In this document: positions 10,552 to 22,000 of the stretch, one piece after another | Layout of the letters: each line of letters starts with the position of its first letter | How positions within the stretch are numbered: position 1 is the stretch's first letter | Source: an uncultured bacterium | GTDB lineage: Bacteria > Omnitrophota > Omnitrophia > Omnitrophales > Abzuiibacteriaceae | Direction: 5' to 3' | Assembly (NCBI GenBank): GCA_964387845.1 | Contig: CAYLXA010000001.1 | Span: 288,001 to 352,000 of the forward strand | Length of the DNA stretch: 64,000 bases | Translations under genes and position numbers: made by a program | The notes under the pieces: generated by a model | What the model was told of the DNA's origin: nothing | Databases searched by the model: none | What the model saw: the letters and a program-made list of their open reading frames with translations, nothing else

Positions 10552-10760
10552 CTTCATTTCACTGTTGGATGTTTCGAACAAGCATTAATTATGATTCCGT
10601 TACTTTCATCCGCGACTCTGCGATTTTGATCGCTCATCGCTTCCAATCGTTCATTGAATTTTTCATCAAAGAACTTTAACTGCCGAGTGAAGAGAATTTT
10701 ATGCGAGAAATAATTCAGTGTCAACAACAAAAATATTTTTTTTTAAAATCTCGCACAAAA

Positions 10761-12137
10761 TTATTTTCCGATACAAAATTCCTTGAAAATGACATCCAAA
10801 AGGTCTTCACTGTAGATCTCGCCGATGATCTCACGCAATGCATCCAGCGCAAGTTTTAAGTCCATCGTAACAATTTCGAGAGATTCCTGCCTTCCGAATG
10901 ATTCCCTGCTCTTTTCCAGCGCTTCCAGAGACGTTTCAAGTGAACGTTTATGACGAAGCCGTATCAAAGAAGCCGATTCTTTGGCAACGCCGTTCTGCCA
11001 CACCGCTGATACGACACTTTTCTCCAGTTCTTCGAAGCCAAATTTTGTTTTTGCCGAAACCAGGCATGCTTTTTGACCCTTTACAAAGTTCTTTTCTAAT
11101 GTTTTTTCTAAAAGATCGGCTTTATTGATGACATGAATGACGGATTTTCCCTCCAACTCGGAGCGAATCTTCTGATCTTCCGAAGTGACGCCGGCCGGTG
11201 CATCGGTGACAAACAAAAAGAGGTCGCCAGCTTCTATATATTGGCGCGATCTTTGAAGCGCAGCTTGCTGCAAGGGATCACTGCTTTCCCAAAAACCAGC
11301 CGTATCAACCAGGCGGATAGGAATTCCGTCTAGTTCGATCATTTCTTCAAGCGTATCACGCGTTGTGCCCGGAATATCAGACACAATGGCCCGGTCACGG
11401 TCGAGAAACGCATTCAGGAGCGACGACTTACCCACGTTCGGCCTTCCTATAATTACCGCCAGGACGCCTTCCCGCAGGATTTCGCCCTTCGTAAAGGACC
11501 CAATGAGTGATTTCATCCGGTTTGCGGTTGATTCGTAAAGATCGAGAAAGGCTTTGTTCTCATAAATCTCCAAATTTTCATCCGGAAAGTCGAGATAAGC
11601 CTCCATATGCGCGTACATTTTCATTAGGCCGTCTTTGATCCCATGAATTTCTCGGGAAAGCGAGCCTCCGAGCTGATCCATGGCGGCCTTCAACGCACGA
11701 TCCGTCTTGGCTTGAATCGCATCCAGCACGGCTTCAGCTTGCGTAAGGTCAAGCCGGCCGTTCAAGAACGCGCGCTTTGTGAATTCGCCGCGCTCAGCCA
11801 TGCGCGCACCGGCTTTGAGTACCGCATCCAGAATCCGGTGCAAAGATACCGCGCCGCCGTGCGCGCTAATCTCGACCACATCTTCCTTGGTGTATGAATT
11901 CGGCGCCCGAAAAACACTCGCCAGCACCTCATCCAGCGTTTCGTGATTTGAATCCGTGATCACGCCGTGCCGGATGGTGTGCGTTTTGGCGGAAGCAAGC
12001 GGCCGGCCGTGTTTGGATCTAAAAATTTTATCCGCGATTTGGATTGCGTCTTTTCCGCTGAGGCGGATCATGCCGATTCCGCCTTCACCGGCCGGTGTTG
12101 AAATCGCTGCAATCGTATCTTCTGAATTGATTATCAT
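10761..12137 (-). CDS. mnmE: tRNA modification GTPase MnmE (TrmE)
   Basis: GTPase motifs (GRPNVGKSS, DTAG, NKAD) and the characteristic C-terminal CIGK. Confidence 0.9.
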   Translation of the reverse strand: MIINSEDTIAAISTPAGEGGIGMIRLSGKDAIQIADKIFRSKHGRPLASAKTHTIRHGVITDSNHETLDEVLASVFRAPNSYTKEDVVEISAHGGAVSLHRILDAVLKAGARMAERGEFTKRAFLNGRLDLTQAEAVLDAIQAKTDRALKAAMDQLGGSLSREIHGIKDGLMKMYAHMEAYLDFPDENLEIYENKAFLDLYESTANRMKSLIGSFTKGEILREGVLAVIIGRPNVGKSSLLNAFLDRDRAIVSDIPGTTRDTLEEMIELDGIPIRLVDTAGFWESSDPLQQAALQRSRQYIEAGDLFLFVTDAPAGVTSEDQKIRSELEGKSVIHVINKADLLEKTLEKNFVKGQKACLVSAKTKFGFEELEKSVVSAVWQNGVAKESASLIRLRHKRSLETSLEALEKSRESFGRQESLEIVTMDLKLALDALREIIGEIYSEDLLDVIFKEFCIGK

Positions 12138-12139
12138 AG

Positions 12140-12205
12140 TTTTAAGTCGTAAGTGGTAAGGGCTAAGTTATTCGATCGCTTAACACTTACCACTTATCAC
12201 TTATC
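12140..12205. repeat. GTAAGT-heptad hairpin element, copy 1 (family i)
   Basis: aagtcgtaagtggtaag ... cttaccacttatcactta: tandem (N)GTAAGT units followed by their inverted complement. It fills the whole mnmE-folC gap and overlaps the folC stop. Confidence 0.55.
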
Positions 12206-13529
12206 CCTTCTTCAATTGTTCGCTCGCTTCTGCGACAAGAAATAACGATCCGGTAATCACCGTGATTGCATTCCGGTCACTGAGCCGCTTTGAATATTCC
12301 AAGGCTTCTTTTATATTTTCAGCCGGGATCATCAAATCAAAATATGCTTTGCCGGCTTCCATCATGACTTTCAAATCCTGCGCTCTCGGCTGATCAGCTT
12401 TTGTGAGAATGACTAGCTGCGCAACACCGGCCAAAGCACCGAGCATTGATTTTAAATCTTTTTCCCGTGAGGCGCCAAAGATAACCTGGATTTTCTTTCT
12501 TGGCAATAAGCGCCTGATGTTTCGGGCTAATGCGCTCATGGAAGCATCGTTATGAGCGCCATCCAAGATAAACATGCGGCCCTTCTTATTAATCACTTCA
12601 AAACGGCCGGGCCATTTAGCCGATAAAAGACCTGTTTTTATCTGAGATTGGGATATTCCGAGACCCATTTGACGGTTTAAAACATGAATACCGGCTAAAG
12701 CCGTTGCAGCGTTTTCTGTTTGAATATCGCCGATCAAGTGTATTCGGCAACGTGCCAGCTTGATTTTCTTCATACTGAAATCAAACACAGAGCCATTAAT
12801 ATCCATCCGGCGAATTCGAGCTTGGAAATCCGTGCCCGAAAAGATACCCTTCACGCCAAGCGTGCGGCATCTTTTTTGAAGTACTGATTTTGCTTCAGAT
12901 GTTTGTTTCGACGATACAAACGGCGTGTTGCGCCGGATGATCATGGATTTGTCTTTCGCGATTTTGGCAATGGTGCTGCCCAGATGCTCCTGATGATCCA
13001 AACTGATCGGCATCATCACCGACAAATTCGGATGAACGATGGTCGTTGCGTCAAGCCGTCCGCCCATTCCGACCTCGAGAACCGCCCAATCAATTTTTTG
13101 CTCCGCAAAATATAAAAAAGCAATCAGTGTTGAAATTTCAAAAAATGTGATGGGTTCAAGCAATTTAATCTCGCGGCGTCTTTTCTCGATGGTCCTTTTT
13201 ACTTTCGATACCAGCTTCGCGAGTTCCGATTTTGATATCATTTTCCCGTTAACGCGGATCCGCTCGCGAAAATCAATCAAGTGCGGCGATGTGTACATCC
13301 CGGCTTTGAATCCGGCAGATTGGAGAATCGATTGAAAAAAGACAGCGGCCGAACCTTTTCCCTTTGTTCCGCCGATTAAAATGGACGGATACTTTTTCTC
13401 GGGATTGCCGAACCAGCGCGCAAGCACACGCATCCGCTCGATGTTGAGCTCGCGTTTGTATTCGAAATGCGACACTTTCTCGAGGTTAAAGAAGGAATAA
13501 AGATACTGAAGCGCCGAAGCGTAGGTCAT
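12201..13529 (-). CDS. folC: folylpolyglutamate synthase / dihydrofolate synthase
   Basis: Mur-ligase-family P-loop GTKGKGS with FolC-like N- and C-terminal domains. Confidence 0.85.
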   Translation of the reverse strand: MTYASALQYLYSFFNLEKVSHFEYKRELNIERMRVLARWFGNPEKKYPSILIGGTKGKGSAAVFFQSILQSAGFKAGMYTSPHLIDFRERIRVNGKMISKSELAKLVSKVKRTIEKRRREIKLLEPITFFEISTLIAFLYFAEQKIDWAVLEVGMGGRLDATTIVHPNLSVMMPISLDHQEHLGSTIAKIAKDKSMIIRRNTPFVSSKQTSEAKSVLQKRCRTLGVKGIFSGTDFQARIRRMDINGSVFDFSMKKIKLARCRIHLIGDIQTENAATALAGIHVLNRQMGLGISQSQIKTGLLSAKWPGRFEVINKKGRMFILDGAHNDASMSALARNIRRLLPRKKIQVIFGASREKDLKSMLGALAGVAQLVILTKADQPRAQDLKVMMEAGKAYFDLMIPAENIKEALEYSKRLSDRNAITVITGSLFLVAEASEQLKKG

Positions 13530-13541
13530 GGAAAGCGGGGT

Positions 13542-15104
13542 TTAATGTTTGAAATGACGTTCGCCGGTAAAAACCATGGCAATGCCGTAATGATCGCAGG
13601 CCGCGATAACTTCCGAATCTTTAATCGAGCCGCCCGGCTGAATGATGGCACGGATACCGTTCTGATGGGCGACTTCGATATTATCCGGCATCGGGAAAAA
13701 CGCATCACTCGCAAGCATGCTTCCGCGCGACCATGATTTTGCTTTTTCGCAGGCCAATTTGACGGCATCGACCCGGGACGTCAAGCCGCCGCCGATTCCC
13801 ACGGTCTGCGTTCCGCGCACAAGCACAATCGCGTTTGACTTCGTGACTTTGACGCAGCGCCAAGCAAAAAGCAGAGATGCCAATTCTTCTTTCGACGGCT
13901 TTGATTTCGTAACGGTTTTCAAATTTTTATTCAGCCTGGCTAAATGATGGTCAATCGGGTCGTCTCGGTCCTGCAGCAAAACGCCGCTTTTCACGTACCT
14001 CAAATCATACGGCCCGATGTGGCGAAACTCTGGCACTTCAATAACGCGGAGATTTTTACGCTCCTGGAATATTTTGAGTGCTTCTTTTGAAATTTTAGGC
14101 GCAACAACGACTTCGAAGAAAGTAAGTTTGGCAAAAAGCATCCGCGCAGCAGCGGCCGTCACTGGCTGATTGACGCCCACAATACCGCCGAACGCCGAAA
14201 GCGGATCGCAATCGACAGCCTGCGCAATCGCAGTTTCCAGATCCTGATTCACGGAAATGCCGGAAGGATTGTTGTGCTTCACCACACACGCCGCGGTTTC
14301 TTTGAATTCGCGCATGATGTCGACCGTTGCATCGATATCAAGAATATTGTTATATGAAAGTTCTTTGCCCTGAAATTGAGTAAACGAAAATTTGGGCGCC
14401 GAATCAAGCCGCGTGTAAAGCGCCGCGCGCTGGTGCGGATTTTCGCCGTACCTGAGCGTGGCGGATTTCTTAAACGGAACGCTCAAAAATTCAGGCAGGC
14501 CTTCTTCTTTCACAAATTGCTTTTCAAGATAATGCGCAATGGCATGATCATAAGCCGATGTATGCTGAAACGCTTTCAGAGCAAGTTTCTCTAGCGTTTC
14601 TGCCGATAATTTTCCGCCGTTCTTCTGCAATTCTTCAGCCAACACTGTGTAATCCGCTGCATCGGTAACGACCGCAACCGATTCGTGATTCTTCGCCGCC
14701 GAACGGATCATCGCCGGGCCGCCGATGTCGATATTTTCAATAGCTTCGGCCAGTTTCACCTTCGGATTTTTGACCGTTTCCTGGAACGGATAAAGATTGA
14801 TGACCACCATATCGATCGGCTGAATGCCGTGCTGTTTGGCTTGTTTGGCGTGCGATTTAAGGGAACGCCGGAATAAAATGCCGCCGTGAACTTTGGGGTG
14901 AAGGGTTTTGACGCGCCCGTCCATCATTTCAGGAAAGCCGGTAAGATCCGAGATATTTTTAACCTTGAGACGCGCTTTCTTGAGCGCCGCCTCCGTACCG
15001 CCGGTTGAAATCAACTCAACGCCTAATTTGGCAAGCGTTTTTGCGAAATCCACGACGCCGGTTTTATCGGATACGCTGATGAGTGCGCGTTTAATTTTTG
15101 CCAT
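13542..15104 (-). CDS. purH: bifunctional AICAR transformylase / IMP cyclohydrolase
   Basis: 520-aa ORF with an MGS-like N-terminal domain (MAKIKRALISVSDKTGVVDFAK) and an AICARFT domain. Confidence 0.9.
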   Translation of the reverse strand: MAKIKRALISVSDKTGVVDFAKTLAKLGVELISTGGTEAALKKARLKVKNISDLTGFPEMMDGRVKTLHPKVHGGILFRRSLKSHAKQAKQHGIQPIDMVVINLYPFQETVKNPKVKLAEAIENIDIGGPAMIRSAAKNHESVAVVTDAADYTVLAEELQKNGGKLSAETLEKLALKAFQHTSAYDHAIAHYLEKQFVKEEGLPEFLSVPFKKSATLRYGENPHQRAALYTRLDSAPKFSFTQFQGKELSYNNILDIDATVDIMREFKETAACVVKHNNPSGISVNQDLETAIAQAVDCDPLSAFGGIVGVNQPVTAAAARMLFAKLTFFEVVVAPKISKEALKIFQERKNLRVIEVPEFRHIGPYDLRYVKSGVLLQDRDDPIDHHLARLNKNLKTVTKSKPSKEELASLLFAWRCVKVTKSNAIVLVRGTQTVGIGGGLTSRVDAVKLACEKAKSWSRGSMLASDAFFPMPDNIEVAHQNGIRAIIQPGGSIKDSEVIAACDHYGIAMVFTGERHFKH

Positions 15105-15117
15105 TTTTGTTTCCTAA

Positions 15118-15212
15118 TTCCCTCTCCCTTTGGGAGAGGGCTAGGGTGAGGGATTTCTATAAATCCCACCACCCTCATCCTAACCTTCTCCCTCTAAAGA
15201 GGGAGAAGGGAT
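15118..15212. repeat. nested palindromic element, family ii (CCCTCTCCC-N3-GGGAGAGGG / GGGTGAGGG), copy A
   Basis: ccctctccctttgggagagggctagggtgaggg ... ccaccctcatcc ... cttctccctctaaagagggagaagg. It overlaps the 3' end of the PabC-like gene, whose C terminus reads PSPSLEGEG. Confidence 0.55.
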
Positions 15213-15989
15213 AAATCGTTTCATTAACCTGCTTGTTATAACGCCCGGAATTTCCGTGCCGATTTGACGGCCATCGAGCGACCGCACCGGCACGATGATA
15301 CCTGTTGAATTGGTTAAAAAGGCTTCATCCGCATTAAATACATCGTGACGCGTTAAGAAGGATTCTTCCGCCGAAATACCCAATTCGAGCGCATATTTTA
15401 ACACAAAACGGCGGACGACTCCATTCAGGATTCCGGCTGTGGGAGGCGTTTTCAACGCGCCTTCCTTCACCATGAAGAAGTTCCAGACTCCGGCCTCGCG
15501 TACATACCCGTCTGGCCCCAGATAAATCCGGTCAAACGAATCGGTACAATCTAAAAAAGCAAGCAGCCCATTGACCAGATCGCCTGATTTTGCTTCCGGC
15601 GGAACGCTGTTTGAGAGGTTGCGCCTCACAGCGGAAGTTTTAAGATCAACGCCTTCCCGATAAATCTTTTCGGGATAAGAGCGCACGGATACGATCGTGA
15701 AAATATTTTTCTCCGAAACAGCCAGACGAATTGAATGGTTTGGATTTTCTTTGGCGATTTCGGCAAGTTCTTTTTCAATCCGTTCACGTTCGGTGGGAAC
15801 TTCAATCCCTGAAGTTTTTGCGGATTCAAACAAACGGTCCAAATGTTCATTCAAATGCAGAATTTTACCGCTCCGGGATTGCATGGTTTCGAAAACGTTT
15901 AATCCAAGCTCCGCCGGCGATATTATAGGAAGCTCTGCCGGTTTTATCTGTTTTCCGTTGATAAAGAGAAGCATATCCGTAAGTGACAT
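15180..15989 (-). CDS. pabC: class IV (branched-chain / D-amino-acid type) aminotransferase-fold enzyme, probably aminodeoxychorismate lyase
   Basis: Fold-type IV PLP enzyme, 269 aa from ATG 15989 (the ORF track uses a TTG at 16007). pabB and folC in the same region support a PabC assignment. Confidence 0.55.
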   Translation of the reverse strand: MSLTDMLLFINGKQIKPAELPIISPAELGLNVFETMQSRSGKILHLNEHLDRLFESAKTSGIEVPTERERIEKELAEIAKENPNHSIRLAVSEKNIFTIVSVRSYPEKIYREGVDLKTSAVRRNLSNSVPPEAKSGDLVNGLLAFLDCTDSFDRIYLGPDGYVREAGVWNFFMVKEGALKTPPTAGILNGVVRRFVLKYALELGISAEESFLTRHDVFNADEAFLTNSTGIIVPVRSLDGRQIGTEIPGVITSRLMKRFIPSPSLEGEG

Positions 15990-16030
15990 GGGAAAAGTAT
16001 AAAGCAAAAAAACAGGGCTGACTATTCGGA

Positions 16031-19000
16031 TTATGCGGAGTAGAAAACCTGCATTTGCGCGCGGAACTTGCCGACCAAATATGCCGCGGCTGATAATACA
16101 TGGTCCACAAACGCTTGGTTCCAGATTATGACCTTGTCTGCGATTTTTTCAAGAAATGGAACGGCAACCGCGTCATCTGAAACACCGATAATGGCCATGG
16201 AAAGACCGAGATTTCTAAGTTCGGCGCGCGCCTTGTGGTAATCCTCAACGGGAACAATCCTATTTTTTGGATTTGCAATGGTTGCATTAATCTCGTCGAT
16301 GACGCGAAGCTCTGCGCGGTTTGTCACGATCACCATGTAAGAACCGTAAACATCCGAAAGATTCCGGCCAACCACAGCCAGACTTCCCTTTTCGCCGAAG
16401 AAAGCGTTACGCGTAAACACTTTCCCTTCCCGCATCTCTGATCGATTTTGAAGTGCTGTAACAATCTGATTGTCAAAACTGCGAGCGTTTGACACAATCC
16501 GGCGCATTTCGCTTCTCGCTACCGGTGCAATCTCAGTTTGCAAATCTCGGAATAACGGATTTTCTTTGACTTCAACTCTTCCTTTAGCAATGGTTTTTTC
16601 AGTCTTTGCAATGACGCGGAAATTAAAAACTGTTTCACCCGAAACTTCGGACTGCACCTTGGCCATAATTAGCGGGAGCCCCAAAACTTCGCTTTGCACC
16701 TTGTCTCCGATTTCAGTATTATTGAAAGCATCTGCTTGATTTAGAATCGACTTTTCAATCGCGCTTTGAAAATCGATTGGTTTGATTTTTTGAAGGCTTT
16801 CCGGCAGCAATTCCTTGTTAATTTCGCCTTCCAAATGAATACTGACATCATAACGGCTTCCAATTGTCTTTTGAGCGATTGTAAAATTCCGGTGTTCGCT
16901 TGTTAGCGATTTGACGCCCGCCTGCTCATAAAATTGAGCATCAATAACGGGAACCTCGCGGTCTGCGATCTCTTCTAAAATCCGGACCGCGCGATGAATA
17001 TATTTAGCGTGCCGGAAACTTCTTCGCTCATTTTCGCTCAGAGTCAAACTCCTGTTTTTCATCTGCAATTCCGAATACCAGCGCCGGAATAACTTCATAA
17101 TTTGAATCAGCGAAAGCGGCTGGTTAGCGCCGAGCGGATTGGATGAATTTTGTTCGTAAATTCTATTAATATCTGTCTCGCTTTGAGCTGTCCAGCTTGA
17201 TTTTTCCTGATTTAAAACCGCTTTAAGTACCGGAATATAAAAACCTGTGTCACGCTCAATCCACCAATTAAGCACATAAAGAGCGGCGAAGCGCGCAGAT
17301 TGGCGCAGCATATCCGGATTAAAGTTTTTAGGCGCTACTTCAATGAGCGGTTTCCATTCATCAACCGGAATAACCGGTTCAGCTAAGTATTGAAGCAGTG
17401 TTTCGAGGCCAACCTCATTTCCTTTTCCAAGCTCATCGGCTCTTGTCTTCCGGATTGTAAAATTAGGATGCGACAAATTTCTAAGAAGTTTTTGCACCGA
17501 ACGCAGTTCTGATTTTTGGCTGCCGGCATCAGGCCCAGGCATCGGCTCTGTCAATTTTTGGAAACGTTCGGCCAATTCGGTTTCTGAGATTTTAAACATT
17601 TCGTCAACAAACGCTTCGGAACCGCCAAGCTCCCCTCCGTCTTCTCCGAATAAACGGACTTCGACTAACTCATGAAACGCAACGGCAAATCTTTCGGCCG
17701 ATATCCTTTCTTCATCCGTTTTGAATTCAAACTGAAAAGCGAGACGCGTATCCTTAACCGCTTCAAGCGTCATCAAGGCCATCGGATTATCCGCTTCGAT
17801 CCATTCAGCACTCCCTTTGTTCAGATTTTTGATCTTAACAGAAACATTTTTTGCTAGGGCGGCTTGCGCCATTTCGACAATGAACATCGCTGGACTCGCA
17901 TGGACACCTTGCCGGTTCTTGACCGTAACATTGATCTCAATGCTGTTACTTTCCCCTTCCCGCAATTCCGACATGTTTCTATCAGTCGGCGTTACGGACT
18001 TTTTATATTCATTAATCTGATGATCGAGAAAAGCTTCGTAACTATCAATGGCCTGGCTTGTTTGCGCCAACCACTCTTCTTCTTCTTTCAATAATAGGCC
18101 ATGTTCTTCTTTCATTCCCTTCAAAGCAGACTTTGCTTTTCGAAGCTCTGGTAATATTCTGAGATAATAATCGTTCGCTTCCGCGGCTAGAGAATTGCCT
18201 CGATCCGAAACTGACAAAATAAAGCTGCTGAAACGATTCAACAAAACTTCCGTGCGGCTCAATAAAATCTTAATTCTGAGCTGCTGTTCATCCAAAGCGA
18301 TTCGCCTCGGTTTGATAAGAGAATAATAAAGGAGCGCTCCGACTCCTATGCCTATCGCGCCCGCTGAAATACCGATAACGGTATAATTTCGTAATTCAGA
18401 ACGATGTTTAGGCGGACGGGGAAAACTTTGAAAAGGCCCCCTGCGCGCAGCGCGGACAGCCTGAATTCTCGCCGTCACTTCTTCAATAGTATCTAAGTCA
18501 CCGGCTAATTCTGCGTTATGAAGCTCGACTTCCAATCTTGCCAAATCCGTCGAGTGATGCGATTGGTCTACAGCAAACGGAAGCTCGATCGGCTCCTCAT
18601 TTTCCAAATCATTGCGCAGTTCCGAACGGACACCGGATTTTTCGCGAGGCGGCTGTTCAGATTTCGGCGGAACCGGGATCCATCCTTCCCACCGGCGGTA
18701 AACATGCGTAGGCCGCGTCCCTACTTCATTGGAAATATTTTTACCGCGCACGCCATGAACCTGATGGGCTTCATCACGCCGTAAAACTTCGGCTCTTTGT
18801 GCACGAAAATAATCATCCGTAAAATGAGTGATTTCGCCGGTTTTTAAGCCCGCGCGGCGCCAGTCAATGTGCCCTTCGGGATGAACAACACGCATATCTT
18901 TCTTCAGTACCTGCAAAGCTCCGGAAAATGCGGCGTGATTAAACAAAATAACTGTTTTCCCGCGATACTGCTCGTTCATGCGTTTCCAAAAAGCGGCGGC

Positions 19001-22000
19001 GCGGATGATTAAATGGGCAAAACTTTCGCCATGCTCAGGTTTCGCCAAAACACTCCACTTTTGATAACTTCGCGCGGCCTTGAATTGTTCCCGGCCAAAC
19101 TGCGCCTTAATTTGCTCATTGGTGAGCCCTTCCCATTCGCCTTGAAAAATTTCTTTTGTATCGGGATCAATCATCACTTTCAGTTCAATTCCTAATTTTT
19201 CACGTACCAACCGGATAAATGGTTCTGCCGTATCCCGCACACGCCCAAGCGGATTAATGATCACCACAAACTGATCCGGATTTGCTGTGATTTGGTCTTT
19301 AAACTTTTCAAATAATTTTTCAGCGTCAGCTTGCGCTTGCACGCGCCCTTTTGGCGTCAACTGCGCGCCTTCGTTATCCATACCGCTTCCCTGAAACCTC
19401 TTTCTCCCTGTTCTTAGCCCTTCCGCAATGATGTGAGTTTCTCCGTGGCGGATAACGTAAAGATCCAGATCAAGCGCCGGTGGGAAATAAGGCTCTTTAT
19501 AAAAAAGCTGCCCGGTCGATTGATTGACCCAAAAACCCATTTGTTGCAATGTTTCGGAAACATTTTTTCGCAATTCCACCCTCGCCTTCATTAATAAATC
19601 CGGCTGTATTGCACTGGTCGGAACCACAAGTTTGCCGTTTTCCCAATAGACCAGCGCACTCAAAAACTGGAACATGACCGGATCATGTTTTCTCACAAAA
19701 TCAGGGTCAAGCCAGTAAAGAGACTGGGCTTCAAAGAAAAACTCTCGCGCAGAAACAATGCTGTATCGGCTCAAAAACTGCGTTTCAATTTCTTCTTGAG
19801 AATAATCAAGCACCTGCTTCTTTTTCCCAAATTGCCTTTCAAGTGCCTGCAGCCTAGTCTCATAAATCCGTTTTGCAATCTGATAAACTGCTGTTTTATC
19901 GTGTGGAATGTTCACAATAGAGAGTGGTAAATTTTTATTCGCAAAATGCTCTAAGCGCTCAAAGTTAATCGGCAGCGCATACTGATTATGCTCAACGAGC
20001 GTTTCCGCAAGTTCGTGAGTCAGGAGCCGTTCTAAATAAGTAAAGTCCTTATCCCTCACCTTCAAAAATTCATCGCTCACTGGCCCGTCATAGGAGATCG
20101 GATGATCGCCCGCATAAAGTGAAAGAAAGATCGATTTAACATTGGACAGCACAGGATGAAGGGAGTGATAGGTAACGCCTCCCAAATGATCTCCGTTGCG
20201 TCTTACGATAGAACGCGCAATAAATACTTGGGCATTGAGCATTTTAAAAAGCGGTGCAATTGCAATGCCGGCCCTATGGCTTTCAAGGAAATGATTGAGC
20301 TGGCCATATAACTTACGCGCTAATCTCCAGTCGGTTTCACTGTTTAATCCATGCAATACATCAGTCCGAATATGTGCAGAAGAGCCTTGTAGATAACCCA
20401 AAACAATTTGACGCAATTCCGCCCTTGCCCCCTTTGAAGAAACATTTTCATGATCCGCTGGGGCCGAGGGGCTTTCTTGTAGTTCTTGCAAAATTAATAT
20501 CACTTCGTCCGGAAGTCCTAATGCGCTTAAAGCATCCTTGGCGCTTTCGAGCTGATGAAAACTGAAATGATCCGCAAATCTTTCTGCGCGAGACTTATTT
20601 CCCAGCAACCCTGTCAAAAATGGGATAGCCAACTCACGAAAATGAATGCACCATGGCTCCGCTTGAAGAATCCGGTTGGTCAGATAAAGCAGTTTTTTAA
20701 GCTGTTTAAACGATAAATCGCTATCTTGAAGCGCGGCACGGATTGCGTCATGGCCTGCATCCAACAACATAGTCTTAGGGGCAGCACTTTCCGCTTCGGA
20801 ATTCCTGAGCTCGGAACGTATGGCTCTAGATTTAATAGCAACGCTGCCGAGATACACATTGCCGCTCTGGTGATAAAGAAGCGGGTTTTCGTGGCCATCC
20901 ATGCTGATAACGTCTCCATCCGCGATATCACGGCCGGCGATGAGCCAAAGATGCTTTTCCGGCTGGAACACCATGTCCGGAACGCCATAAACGGCCGAAA
21001 TGCCTTCTTTCTGCGCCAGCGTTTCCGCATGCACTGAAATGGTCTTCGCTAAAATATGAACCCCTTTTGGAATCCGGTTAATCATTTCGGGATTCACTCT
21101 GTCCAAGATCAAAATAACGCCGTCAACATCCGCTCGGGGATGAGAAACAAGTTCGCCCAAAAGCTTTTCCGCTGCTTCTATCGAATTAGCCGCCAAACCG
21201 CGAATCGCACCGCCGCTCACGCCATGGCCGCGCGCAATCGGCTGATTGTCAGTCGAGTCGGCAAATTCCGGATATTGATCCGTCACAAAATCATCATTGC
21301 TTTGGACAATCCATATCTTTCCGCGCTCAATCGTGAATTCAAACTGCTGGTTGTAACGGAAAATGTTCTTGAGCTTACGCGCGTACTCGAACACTTGTGC
21401 GTAAAGCTCCGGCTGCAATGCTTCAAATGTTTGTTCATCCGGCCGGATTCGCTCACCATTTCCGATTAAAATGTAATTTTGGCCGGCACGGCTCATCAAT
21501 TGATCGCCGATCGAGTGAAACCGAAATTTACCTTGGAGCACGTCATGGCCGTCCGGAAGTGTTCTCAAAACTGCGTGCCCCGCGCCTGAAATTTTCCCGT
21601 CATCAGTCGGCTTTAAATTTCCGAAAACGCCTTTCTGCAGAATAACGACCGTTCCCCACTCTTGCGAAATCTGATGCCGTGTACGATACGCGCGTGCCTC
21701 TTCGGAGTCCCACGATGCATAAACCGCTTCGACTGCCATCATGACCTGATCCATCATGTCGTTTGGAATTATTTTGCCGTGCCGCGCCACGATTGCTTTG
21801 CACTGTTCCACCACTGCCTTCATGCCGTCTGCCGACAAATCTTCCTTTTCTTTAACATTCAAAACCTGCTCAAATTCCGCCTCAGGAATACCGAGCACAT
21901 TGATCGAAAATGACCGGATAAATTCCGCGTAGGTGTCATACGCAAACCACGCATCGCCGCTTTTTTGGGCAAGCGCTTCGGCTTCCGCGTCGTTCATGCC

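Noticed and set aside
10239-10760. Cobalamin riboswitch upstream of the B12-dependent nrdJ.
   Set aside because: No B12-box (GCCACTG or its complement CAGTGGC) or conserved riboswitch core is visible. A B12-dependent enzyme would not normally be B12-repressed.
12140-12205. GTAAGT units as splice-donor-like or CRISPR-like repeats.
   Set aside because: The context is bacterial. The units are contiguous heptads forming a hairpin with their own complement, with no spacers of regular length and no cas genes. They are REP/terminator-like.
15105-15179. ZTP (pfl) riboswitch upstream of purH.
   Set aside because: The leader is occupied by a family ii palindromic repeat. No GGGTCGTGAC…CCGGGC…CCGCCTGGGCA-type pseudoknot elements are present.
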